Shown here piece by piece: positions 38,572 to 48,232 of a stretch of DNA of 64,000 bases. A program made the translations under genes and the position numbers. The stretch is from an uncultured Candidatus Peribacteria bacterium. Its GTDB lineage: Bacteria > Patescibacteriota > Gracilibacteria > BD1-5 > UBA2023. The stretch lies in assembly GCA_964540725.1 (NCBI GenBank), contig CAZINU010000001.1, forward strand, positions 159,419 to 223,418, read 5' to 3'. The notes beneath the pieces were generated by a model. It had not been told where the DNA came from. It did no database searches and was given only the letters and a program-made list of their open reading frames with translations. Every line of letters starts with the position of its first letter. Position 1 is the stretch's first letter.

Positions 38572-40530
38572 ATGTTTTTTCAAACCGCGCGTGATTTTCT
38601 CAATCGGGAGTCTTTTCGGATTATCGCCAGTTCGATCAGGAAAGGAAACGGCGTATTCCTTCTCGGGCTTGGCATTTCCATTGTGAGCGCCGCAACGTCC
38701 GTCGTGCTTCCGTATCTGTCGAAGCTGGAAATCGACCAGATGGTGGCAAAGCGGGGATTCCAGGCATTCTGAACGTCTTTTGAGGCGTTCGAGGTCTTTG
38801 CCGCAATCCTTGCGGCGTATTTTATCGTCTCCTTTTTGGAGAAAATCATTACCGAAAGTCTCGGGGATTTTCTTCGGGAACGGGAGGAGATATTCCGGCA
38901 CGAAACCGACCTTTTCCTGTACGAACGAATTGCCCGAATGGAGATCGGCCTCACGCTTTCTTCGCGTTTTCAGGACGTTATGCGCTACGTTGACAGTAAA
39001 TTGGACGAAATCGTGAATACCGTGGTCGGAACTCCGAAGAAACTGTTGGAAATCACCGTACGCCTCGCCGGAATGTGAAGCATTCTCGCGATATTCGATT
39101 GGAAAACCCTCGCGGTAGTCGCCGTTGGCGGATTCGCCACTTTTCTCTTGGGCAGACTGGAATTTCGGAACAATCACCGAATGGGGTACGATCAGGAGCT
39201 CCGAGATCTGGAACATCTCGTTTTTTCCGTCCCGTGGGAACTTCGGAAGAATCTCGCGGCACTTTCCCAGAACGGGGCGGTGCATTCCGTTCTCGCCACC
39301 CTCACGCGGAGCATTCACGAAAAACAGAGACTTGCGCGCCCGTATCAGAGAAAAAAAGTATTTATCGGTTCCGGAATTTTTCTCGTCGATTCGGCGGTTT
39401 CGATCCTCATTAAGGCGGGAGTCGGGTATTTCGTTTTTCAAGGAACGCTCTCGGTAGGGATGGTCACGATGTCGGTATTGTACGCAGACCGTCTTGCGTC
39501 CGCGATACGGCAGGCCACGGAGGCGTATTTCGACATTCGGAAAACGCGATTCGACTTTTCTTTTTTCGAGGAGTTCCTGAAAATATCGGCTCCCGTTGGT
39601 TCGAAGAGGGGTTTTGGAAGTATCGGATCGGGAATATCGTTTCGGAACGTATCCTTTTCTTATCCGGATTCGCGCGAACTTGAGCGACCCTTCTTCGAGC
39701 TGATCGAGAGACAGCTTAAAATCATGAAAGCCATGGGGGATTATCCGTGGCAAATCAATCGATTGCAGGACGAATTGCTTAAATTCGAAAACGGAAAAGG
39801 CGAATCGGAGGGTTCCAACATGCCGGTGTTCGAAAATTTCCATTTCGAATTCGTTCCCGGGAACGTGTACGGAATCGTCGGAAAGAACGGAGCCGGAAAA
39901 ACGACTCTCGTGAATCTCATCTCGGGATTTTTTCACTCCTACGGCGGTGAAATCCTGTTCGACGGGAAAAATATCCGCGACTGGACGAACGAAGGTTTTT
40001 CGAACGTCATTTCCGTCATATCGCAAATACCCTATACGTACGGCGTGTACGGGGATTCTACGGTTCGGAACAACCTGCTTCTCGGAGTGGACCGAAAGGT
40101 TTCGGACGAAGAGCTTTTCTTGCTGTTGCACGACTTTCGGTTGGATCGGAAAATTCGGAAGTCACCCAAGGGAATTGATTCCGAAATCGAAAAGGATATA
40201 CATTTTTCCTGAGGGGAACGCCAGATTCTTTCCATAATTCGCACGCTTCTTCAAAATCGTCCGATCGTCGTGTTGGACGAGGGAACGAATCAACTCGATG
40301 CCGAAAACGAAGCCGTCGTCATGGAACGCCTCCTTGCGGAGCGTAAGGGAAAGATCATTCTTTTCGTCACGCACCGCATGAATACGATATCGCGCGCGGA
40401 CGAGGTGCTCTGCGTCGAAAACGGGCGAATCGTGGCTCATGGGAAACCGAAGGATCTTCTCGAGGCGGACGATAATCCGTACGCGAAATTCTACCGGGCG
40501 CAAATCCTGCACGAGAAAACGGGCGATTAA
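38572..40530 (+). CDS. Fused permease-ATPase ABC exporter (MsbA-like), three in-frame TGAs
   Basis: Four fragments share one frame, with TGAs at 38770, 39076 and 40210. Walker A is GKNGAGKTT. The signature is restored as HFS-[G]-GERQ. Walker B is [11 protein letters not shown]. Confidence 0.85.
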
Positions 40531-40567
40531 CGTGGGGCCCGTACGTCCGCAAGAACGAAGCCGTCAC

Positions 40568-40736
40568 GGGGGGAATCGATTATCGTTCCTCGGAACCCCT
40601 TGCGACGGCGAGCGCCATTCAAAGCACTCGCAACCCGGACGCCCGCTTCGCGGGTCGCCGGGGTCGCCGCGGCTTCGATTCTCCTCGGATCCTCCTAAGA
40701 ACAAAAAAACGCCCCGCTTCCGCGGAGCATTTTTTG
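40568..40736 (+). ncRNA. Structured element A (candidate ncRNA) with terminator; paralogue of element B
   Basis: A 12-bp closing helix pairs GGGGGGAATCGA (40568) with TCGATTCTCCTC (40675). The 20-nt core CGTTCCTCGGAACCCCTTGC is identical to element B. Internal GC hairpins are present. A hairpin plus T6 lies at 40711-40736. Confidence 0.35.
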
Positions 40737-40840
40737 TGTTCTTTTGGTACCACCAGAGTGGTACTATGCGAACTTTCGGTAGAGTTGTCAATATATGCGT
40801 ACGGGGAAATGATCCCAATAATCAAAGTTTTACTTTAATA

Positions 40841-41101
40841 CCGAACGAACTCTCCGGAGGGCAGCAGCAGCGCGTCGCCATTGCCCGCGCCATCGTCGGA
40901 AACCCGTCGATCATTCTGGCGGACGAACCGACGGGGGCGCTCGACTCCAAGACGGGGTCGGAAATCTTGGATATCTTCGAGAGCGTCCATAAAGAGGGGA
41001 AAACCATCGTGCTCATTACCCACGAAAGCGAAATCGCGGCCCGCGCCAAGCGCGTCATCCACGTGAAAGACGGGAGGATCGAGTCGGACGAACGGGTGTA
41101 G
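40841..41101 (+). pseudogene. 3' fragment (copy 2) of the MacB-type ABC ATPase gene
   Basis: It encodes only [16 protein letters not shown]...[10 protein letters not shown] without a Walker A. It is near-identical to 36581-36837 and ends in TAG. Confidence 0.85.
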
Positions 41102-41115
41102 GTTCGCGTTCCCGG

Positions 41116-41550
41116 TTAGTCCGGAAAGTGGATTCACGGCATCGGAACGCCCATCATGGTCAAACTCCCGCACAGCTCCGAGTAGTCTTCAGCCATTCCT
41201 TCCAAAATCCGGAGCTGTTCGGGTGAGAGTTCTTCGGGGTTTACCATTCGAAAAATGACGCGGGCAGCCTCCATGCAACTCTTGATGGTGTCGAACCCCC
41301 GGTCGTCTCCGAGCAAATCGTTTCCGAGCGTAAGGACCGATCGAAAACGGTACGCCTTTTCTTCGAAGGACAATTCGGACTGCATTTCGACGATATCGAG
41401 CGCGGACGACGCAACGGAGTCGGAAAAATTGGGAGTTCTAGATTCCTGGTCCAATCCGGGGCCGATGGCCGATGTTTGGAGTACTTCGAAAATATCGTCG
41501 CGCGCGTTCATGGGCGTTCGGTTTTTAAGGAAACTGCTTTCCGTACGCAT
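41116..41550 (-). CDS. Hypothetical protein
   Basis: The 138-aa ORF ends in TGA (41134). Five more codons lead to TAA at 41116. Confidence 0.45.
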
Positions 41551-41823
41551 CGGGGGAAAAAACGGTGCGGTTCGGAGGGTGGGGAATTTTTAAGAACTTG
41601 GGCGAACGGGTCGGTTCGGAAAGAATGTCATCGACGTCCTTCGGGCGATAATAGGCGATTTTCGAAAAAATCCAGTCGTGACGGGTTTTTTTCGAAAATC
41701 GCCATCGTGAACCTTCGGAATTTCGATTGTTGGCACTTTTCGTGCTCCTTTCTACGATTTTCCGCAACAGAAAAAGCCTCCCAAGGGAATTGAGAGGCCT
41801 TTTCCAGTACTGATGATAATGTT

Positions 41824-41898
41824 TGGTACCCCCAAGGAGAATCGAACTCCTGTTACCACCGTGAGAGGGTGGTGTCCTAGCCGCTAGACGATGAGGGC
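41824..41898 (-). tRNA. tRNA-Glu (anticodon CUC), CCA encoded
   Basis: Hand-folded cloverleaf: acceptor GCCCTCA/TGGGGGT, the D-arm TCGTCTAGCGGCTAGGACA typical of tRNA-Glu, anticodon stem CCACC/GGTGG with loop CTCTCAC, and T-arm AGGAG-TTCGATT-CTCCT. Confidence 0.88.
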
Positions 41899-42077
41899 GT
41901 ACGGAAGGGGATTGGGTTACCCCTTCTCGGACTCTTCTTTGCGTACGATCGCGAGAATCAGTTCGTTCAGATACCCGTACGTCCCCGCTTCCGCATTTTT
42001 CGGTTTTCCGACCGGTTCGACGCTTCCGTTTGGAAGTACGGTCGGGGGCCGGTCGGCCTCCTTTTTCCGATCCATGC

Positions 42078-42515
42078 TTACTTCTTGATGTCGGAGGTGA
42101 TACCCATCGAGCGGGCGGAACCGGCGACGATGCTCATCGCGTGGTCCATGTCGTTCGCGTTGAGGTCGGGCATCTTAAGCTCGGCGATTTTCTTGAGTTG
42201 GTCCATGGAGAGGTGGCCGACCTTGTCCTTGTGCGGAAGCTTGGAACCGGACTGGAGCTTGAGCTCGGTCTTGATGAGGTAGGTCATCGGCGGCTGCTTC
42301 GTGTAGAAGTCGAAGGTGCGGTCTTCGTAGATGTTGATGACGGTCGGAAGAACCATCCCCATGCGGTCTTTGGTCGCGTCGTTGAACTGCTTGCAGAATT
42401 CGGCGATTTGGATACCTGTGGGACCGAGGGCGGTACCTACCGGAGGTGCCGGGTTTGCCTGTCCGGCCTTCAGCTGAAGCTTGACGACCTTGGACGGAGT
42501 GCGTTTCTTTGCCAT
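42078..42515 (-). CDS. rplK: Ribosomal protein L11
   Basis: MAKKRTPSKVVKLQLKAGQANPAPPVGTALGPTGIQIAEFCKQFN... The upstream part of the long ORF 42078-43784 is antisense to ruvB. Confidence 0.95.
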   Translation of the reverse strand: MAKKRTPSKVVKLQLKAGQANPAPPVGTALGPTGIQIAEFCKQFNDATKDRMGMVLPTVINIYEDRTFDFYTKQPPMTYLIKTELKLQSGSKLPHKDKVGHLSMDQLKKIAELKMPDLNANDMDHAMSIVAGSARSMGITSDIKK

Positions 42516-42716
42516 GGTGGAAAAAACGGAATCGGAAAATAGAAGTGGTACGGCCGGGTAGAGGAGAAGTGTCCGGACGGTTTTTTTAGAAGCGGGGGAA
42601 TTATACGGAAGTTCCCAATATTGCAATACCAAACGCCCCTTTTCCTTTCGGAAGAAAAGTTTCTCCCTTTCGACAACTTTGCATATAGTACGAAAAACCC
42701 CTTCAGGAAGCTTCCC

Positions 42717-43745
42717 ATGGCCATCGAATCCAAGAAAACCGCCCCGAAACCCGACCGTATCGTCGCGAGCGTCGAGGAAGCCGTCGACGTTCCCGTCGAG
42801 GCGGCGCTTCGACCCGCGCGCTTGTCCGAGTACGTGGGACAAGAAGCGATCAAGCGGCATTTGTCGGTTGCCGTCGGTTCGGCGAAAGCGCGGAAAGCGC
42901 CCCTCGAACACGTGCTTCTCTACGGTCCGCCGGGGCTCGGAAAAACCACGCTCGCTTCCATCTTGGCACACGAAATGGGTTCGTCGCTCAAAACGACCTC
43001 CGGCCCCGCCGTCGAGAAGCCGGCCGACCTCCTCTCGCTTCTGACCGGCCTCACCGAGGGCGACGTGCTCTTCATCGACGAAATCCACCGATTGAAACCC
43101 CAGGCCGAAGAGATTCTCTACAGCGCCATGGAAGACTACGCCGTCGATATCATGGTCGGCTCCGGAACCGGCGCCTCCTCCGTTCGGATGGACCTGCCCA
43201 AATTCACCCTCGTGGGCGCCACGACCAAGCTTTCGAAGCTCACGGGCCCGCTTCGCGACCGTTTCGGCAACGTGCTCAAGCTCGACTTCTACGAACTCTC
43301 CGAACTCGTGTCCATCGTGCTTCGGTCCATGCGCATTCTCGGGCTCGAACCCGTTCCGGCCGTCGCCGAATCGGTCGCCCGGCGAAGCCGCGGAACTCCG
43401 CGCATCGCGAACCGGTTCGTCAAAATCCTGCGCGACTACGATGCGGTCGGCACTTCCGCGACGACAGCGGAACAAGCCGACGAAATCTTTTCGTTCCTCT
43501 GAGTGGACGAAGTGGGGCTCGACGCGCTCGACCGCAAACTCCTCTCCACCCTCGCGTTCAAATTCGCGGGCGGCCCGGTGGGGCTCTCCACCCTCGCGTC
43601 CATCGTGGGCGAAGAAGAGGAGACCGTCGAAGACGTGGTCGAGCCGTTCCTGCTCAAGGCCGGCTACCTCGAACGCACGCCCCGCGGTCGCCGCCTGACC
43701 GCCGCCGGGGAAGACCGCATTCGGCTTTCCGGAATCATCGGGTAG
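42717..43745 (+). CDS. ruvB: Holliday junction branch-migration ATPase RuvB
   Basis: The product has [22 protein letters not shown] and RGTPRIANR. The TGA at 43500 restores L-[G]-VDEVGLD before the winged-helix C-terminus. Confidence 0.95.
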
Positions 43746-43813
43746 TTGCCCGCCCTTCGGATGCCCGTGAAAAAACCGCCCCACGCAGGGGCGGTCTCGG
43801 AACGCCGGCGCCG

Positions 43814-43993
43814 TTACGTTTTTTCGGCGCGCAGCGAGCGGAGTTGCGCCAAGTTAACCAGGAGTTGGAGTTCTTGGTACCTCGGACGTCCGGACTCCTG
43901 AAGGACTCGGCGAACGATGACGGGAAGCTCGTCTTCGCCAATCGGAATTTTCTCCGATGGCGGTCGGCTGGCCGAAAAGAGCTGGTGAATCAT
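43814..43993 (-). CDS. Possible 59-aa protein
   Basis: AAAGGA lies about 8 nt upstream of the ATG, inside an 18-bp palindrome GAACGTC-cttt-GACGTTC (43996-44013). The stop is TAA. I recognised no motif. Confidence 0.3.
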   Translation of the reverse strand: MIHQLFSASRPPSEKIPIGEDELPVIVRRVLQESGRPRYQELQLLVNLAQLRSLRAEKT

Positions 43994-44189
43994 ATGAACG
44001 TCCTTTGACGTTCGACAAGACGCTACGGGGCCCATTTTGAAAACTCTCCTTTCTGATTGTGCCTTTGTTTGTGCGGAGTGTATGGTAATTAAAATAGGAA
44101 AAGAGTCAAAATAACTGAGAAACCTTGATTTTTCAGGGAGTTCCGTATGATTTTCCGCGCAATCGTTCCAAACAAAGGAGGAAAAAACG

Positions 44190-44486
44190 ATGCGCATCAT
44201 TTTTCTCGTCGTCGCGGGGGTCCGCCATTTGTTCCCCCCGATTCCGGCATATCCGGTCGGCGTAATCGACCGCCTTGCGGCCGTTCCGTATCCGATGCCC
44301 GCCTTTCCGCTTCCGCGGACGGCGCGTTCCATGCCGTATCCGGACAATCCGCGGAAGGATTCCGTTCCGGTCCGTCGTCACCTTCCCCGCGGCATCTACC
44401 GCGACGGAATGGCGGCTCGCTCGGAATCGCCGCCCGCCCGCGCTTCGGGCTCCCGTTCCGGCCGTCGTAACGGCAGTCGGAAGTAG
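44190..44486 (+). CDS. Possible small Pro/Arg-rich secreted protein
   Basis: AAAGGAGG-N8-ATG. The N-terminus is hydrophobic (MRIIFLVVAG). The stop is TAG, and a terminator follows. Confidence 0.4.
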   Translation: MRIIFLVVAGVRHLFPPIPAYPVGVIDRLAAVPYPMPAFPLPRTARSMPYPDNPRKDSVPVRRHLPRGIYRDGMAARSESPPARASGSRSGRRNGSRK

Positions 44487-44513
44487 CGTCGCCACGAAGG
44501 TTCCGGCAGTACG

Positions 44514-44538
44514 AAAAAGCCCCCGTCCGGGGGCTTTT
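44514..44538 (+). terminator. Rho-independent terminator
   Basis: GCCCCC-gtcc-GGGGGC is followed by T4. Confidence 0.6.
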
Positions 44539-44573
44539 CCTTTGGCGCTCGGGTTCTTTCTTTCGAATGGTCG

Positions 44574-44951
44574 CTATTCCTTGCTGACGCTTTCGAACAT
44601 GAGCTCCATGAGCAGCGCGATGAATATGAGGAGGAGCCCCGTCCGTATCGTCAAAAGCGCGAACGCGTTGAAGATGAGCACGGCCATGAGCCCTCCCGAG
44701 AGGATGGCCCCCTGTCGGACGGACGCCCGGAGCGTGCCGGCATGGGGTTCGCCCCGGTAGTAGATCTTCTTGAACAGGTAGAGCGTGAGGGCGAGGAACG
44801 ACGCGGCGGCGAGAAATGCCGAGGTGCCCATGGCGATGAACGCCACCCGCAGGTTCGATTCGGGGTCGAGGTACGAAAAAAGCAGGATGCCCGAAAGGGC
44901 GCTCGTAACCAGAATGATCCAGAGAATGAAGAGGGAAGTGTTCGTTTTCAT
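44574..44951 (-). CDS. Hypothetical 4-TM membrane protein
   Basis: A 125-aa ORF with four hydrophobic helices and a TAG stop. Confidence 0.55.
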   Translation of the reverse strand: MKTNTSLFILWIILVTSALSGILLFSYLDPESNLRVAFIAMGTSAFLAAASFLALTLYLFKKIYYRGEPHAGTLRASVRQGAILSGGLMAVLIFNAFALLTIRTGLLLIFIALLMELMFESVSKE

Positions 44952-44954
44952 CGG

Positions 44955-45458
44955 CTAATCGAGGCGTTTGTCGGAAAGGTAGTCGTCTTTTTCGAACCGC
45001 ACGGCCGCCTCGCCTTTTCGGTATTCGAGCCCCAATTTTATCGCGGCTTCGGCGCCGTTGTGGAGTTCGCCCCAAGTGGCGTAATCCAACATCCCGGATC
45101 TTCCGGAGAGTTGCGCGACGCGCCGTTCGAACCTTCGCAAGTCGGCCGCCCCGAGGGACCGGAGTTTTTCCGTGAGTTCCACGAACTCCTGTCTCGTCAG
45201 GGATTTGATGCCGCGTCCGGAGAATCGGGATTCGGTCCATCTTCGGAACGCTTCCATGAGTTCCGAAGATTGGTCGGACTCCAATTTCGCGTGCACCAAA
45301 CCGCCGATTTTTCGAATTCGGTTTTGAACGCTTTCGGGAACGAAGAAGAAGCCGTCCCGGAGTTCCGCTCCGGCTTTGATGAGGTTGGATTCGGACAAAA
45401 GTCTGGATTCGCCCAATCGGTCGGCGTCAGTACGTTCGGGGAGCGGAACGTTCGGCAT
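44955..45458 (-). CDS. Hypothetical protein
   Basis: A 167-aa ORF whose stop lies 4 nt upstream of the next gene's start. I recognised no motif. Confidence 0.5.
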   Translation of the reverse strand: MPNVPLPERTDADRLGESRLLSESNLIKAGAELRDGFFFVPESVQNRIRKIGGLVHAKLESDQSSELMEAFRRWTESRFSGRGIKSLTRQEFVELTEKLRSLGAADLRRFERRVAQLSGRSGMLDYATWGELHNGAEAAIKLGLEYRKGEAAVRFEKDDYLSDKRLD

Positions 45459-45647
45459 GTGTTGGAGGGGGTGACGAAGGTAATTGACAAGTTCGATAAT
45501 ATTCGTTTCCAGTGAAAATCAAGGAGATCGTTCCGTGATTTTGGTAAAAATTCCAGCCTCAATTTCTTTTCGAATCCGAAGGTCGTATCTTTACCAAGGC
45601 GGACTCTCGGGGTTTACGAACTATCCGGATGCAGGCGGATGGCTCAA

Positions 45648-46559
45648 TTACGTTCCGCCGGCCGGATTCGAGGCGCTCCCGTCCGCCACCGCCCCATAGC
45701 CGGAGGGTGCGGAAAAATTCGGCATCCCCGCATACCGCGCGTTCCACGTCGTTTGCCGCTTGGCGTAGTTCCGGGTGTTTTTCCGTACGAGTTCCCGGCA
45801 CTCGTCGAGCGTCAGCTCGCCCTTCAAGTACCGTATGACCTCGGCATACCCGATCGTTTTCAGTCCGAAGGCGTTTTCTCCGGAGCGTTCGGCCAATTTC
45901 CGCGCCTCCCCGACGAGCCCGTCGTCGAACATGCCCGCCACCCGCGCGTCGATTTTTTCGTAGAGCGCTTCGCGGTCGCCGTCGTACGGCGTGACGAACC
46001 GGGCGTCCGGGTACCGGAGTTTCCGCTCTGAACGCGAAGCGGCTTTCGACTTGCCGGTTTTTTCGAACACCTCGAGCGCCCGGACAACGTAGCGGAAATT
46101 GTTCGGATGGAGTTCGTCCGCGTAGGTCGGGTCGACCGACTTCAGCCGGTTCCAAAGGGCCTCGTTTCCGTTTTCGAGCCGGAACGCTTCGAGCTTCGCC
46201 CGGTAATCCCAGTCGGGCGGAACTTCCGGAACGTCGAATTCGAAAAGGAGCACGTCGAGGTAGAGCCCGGTTCCCCCGCAAACGACGGGAACGTTTCCGC
46301 GCGATCGGATGCCGGCGATCGCCTCTTCGGCCGCCGCGCGCCATTCCACGGCCGAAAAATCGCGGTCCGGTTCGCAGAGGTCGAGGCAGTGATGGGGAAT
46401 GCCGCGCATTTCCTCCGGACGGACCTTGCCCGTTCCGATGTCCATTCCTCGGAAAATCTGGCGCGAGTCCGCCGAAACGACCTCGCCGCCGTACCGTTCG
46501 GCGAGGTCGATCGAGAGCGCGGTCTTTCAGCAGGCCGTCGGGCCGTAGACGACGATCAT
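45648..46559 (-). CDS. miaA: tRNA dimethylallyltransferase MiaA
   Basis: The N-terminus is recovered with table 25: MIVVYGPTAC-[TGA 46527]-KTALSIDLA gives the P-loop GPTAxGKT. SADSRQIFRGMDIGTGK and the rest of the MiaA core follow. Confidence 0.9.
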
Positions 46560-46566
46560 CCGTGCC

Positions 46567-46854
46567 TTAGTACTTCGCCGGGTAGTCCCCGAACGGAGCC
46601 TCCCCCTCCGCTTCGGCGTCTTCGTCCTCGTCGTAGCTGTTCATTATGTCCTGCGTCCAGCGGGCGAGGGCGTGGAGGTTTTCGTTCAAGCTCATGTTCC
46701 GCCAGTCGATGGAATAGTCGATCGGTTCGGTTTCGGTGCCTTCGATGTAGAACGCGGTAATTACCGAATAGCCGTGTTGGTCGGCGATTTCGTTCAACTT
46801 TCGGATGTATTCTTCGGCCACGTCGGCGAATTCTTTTCGGGAAAGGTGTTTCAT
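46567..46854 (-). CDS. Hypothetical acidic protein
   Basis: A 95-aa ORF with a TAA stop and an Asp/Glu-rich C-terminus. Confidence 0.5.
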   Translation of the reverse strand: MKHLSRKEFADVAEEYIRKLNEIADQHGYSVITAFYIEGTETEPIDYSIDWRNMSLNENLHALARWTQDIMNSYDEDEDAEAEGEAPFGDYPAKY

Positions 46855-46915
46855 GGTATCGGGTTTCGGAACGCGCCGATAGTATCGGTTTTTCGCGTTC
46901 CGGCAAGTCGGAAGC

Positions 46916-48205
46916 CTAGTCGACCGGGCAACTTTCGATTCCTTCGAATTTTCTCGGTAAGGCCGAACCGTCGGGAACCTTGTCGAGCAAATCCGGCCAA
47001 TCTTTGCGGATGTCGGCCAGAATGCTCCGGATGTCGTCGAAATTTTCGACCGATACGAGCCGCGTCCGGTACCCCTTCACGCCGGGGAATCCGTGCAGGT
47101 ATTCCACCAGGTGCTTGCGGGCCTCCAAGGCGCCCTTCCGCCCTTTGCGTTCGACGAGCAATTGCCCGTGCGATTCCATGACCGAAAGAATTTCCGACAG
47201 GGTGGGGGAGTATTTGCCCGGCAAAAAGCACCAGGGGTTGCCGAAGCTGCTCCTGCCAATCATGAAACCGTCCAAGTCCTCGAATAAACGGCGAACTCCG
47301 CTTTCATTCCTGTGCGCCTCGCTCATCGTACCGGGTAAGTACGCTTCGCTCCGGTGCTCGGATTTCAAGCGGATTTCATCCGTTTCTTCGAGGACGGGCA
47401 TCGTTCCGTTTCGACTACCTTCGTCCGCTGAATTCCTCAGCTCGTCGTCCCCCGGAAAGATCGTTTCCTCCCGGTTCGCCGGATGCCGCGTTTTTAAAAT
47501 TCCGTCGTCGTAATCCGTAATGTCGCCGTTCGCGATGACGGGAATGGAAAGTTCCTGCTTCAGCCGGTAAATGCCCGTGAAATCGGCTTTGCCGGCAAAG
47601 GCTTGCTGGTACGTTCGGCCGTGGACGGTAATAAGGTCGGCTCCGGCGTTCTCGAGCCCCTTGCAGAATTCGACGAGGAGCGAGTCGTCCGCCCAACCGA
47701 GCCGGGTTTTGACCGAAACGGGAATCGAAACGGCCTTCGCCATTTCCTCCACGATATTGAACGCGGTGTCGCGGTTGATCATGAGGCTCGACCCGTGCCC
47801 GCTTTTGACGACCTTCTTTGCCGGGCATCCCATGTTGATATCCACGCCCGACGCGCCGTACGATTCGATAATTTTCGCCGCCTCCCGGAAGGTTTCGGGG
47901 TCTTTTCCGAATATTTGGAATACGATGGGACGCTCCCCGATATCGTGGGGGAGCACTTCTTTCGCGAGGTGCTTCGAACGCACCAACCCGTCGGCGCTGT
48001 AGAACTCCGAAAACGCCACTACGTGGGGGGCGACGCGCTTTACGGTGAGGCGGTACGGACCGTCGGTATACCCGTCCATCGGCGCGAGGGCGACGATGGG
48101 GCCCCTGGCCGCCAAGTCTTTCCAAAATCCTTTGGAGCCCTGAAAGACGTCCTTCTCGTGAATTTGCCCGTTTTTGAGGGCCCCTATGGATTGATGATTC
48201 GTCAA
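46916..48205 (-). CDS. tRNA-dihydrouridine synthase (Dus family) with an internal insertion
   Basis: The product has LAPMDGYTDGPYR, DINMGCPAKKV and HGRTYQQ. The probable start is TTG at 48205 (uncertain). About 70 extra residues lie before the FMIGRSSFGNPW segment. Confidence 0.8.
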   Translation of the reverse strand: MTNHQSIGALKNGQIHEKDVFQGSKGFWKDLAARGPIVALAPMDGYTDGPYRLTVKRVAPHVVAFSEFYSADGLVRSKHLAKEVLPHDIGERPIVFQIFGKDPETFREAAKIIESYGASGVDINMGCPAKKVVKSGHGSSLMINRDTAFNIVEEMAKAVSIPVSVKTRLGWADDSLLVEFCKGLENAGADLITVHGRTYQQAFAGKADFTGIYRLKQELSIPVIANGDITDYDDGILKTRHPANREETIFPGDDELRNSADEGSRNGTMPVLEETDEIRLKSEHRSEAYLPGTMSEAHRNESGVRRLFEDLDGFMIGRSSFGNPWCFLPGKYSPTLSEILSVMESHGQLLVERKGRKGALEARKHLVEYLHGFPGVKGYRTRLVSVENFDDIRSILADIRKDWPDLLDKVPDGSALPRKFEGIESCPVD

Positions 48206-48232
48206 GCGCAATTCGTGGAATAAGAAAAAAAC

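Noticed and set aside
40568-40690. Elements A and B as integron attC sites or CRISPR-like repeats.
   Set aside because: There are no RYYYAAC/GTTRRRY boundary motifs, no integron integrase and only two dispersed copies. No regularly spaced repeat array exists anywhere in the window.
43990-44190. The AT-rich stretch between ruvB and the small ORFs as a replication origin or prophage remnant.
   Set aside because: It contains only promoter-like hexamers and one 18-bp palindrome. I found no DnaA-box clusters or integrase, so the evidence is insufficient.
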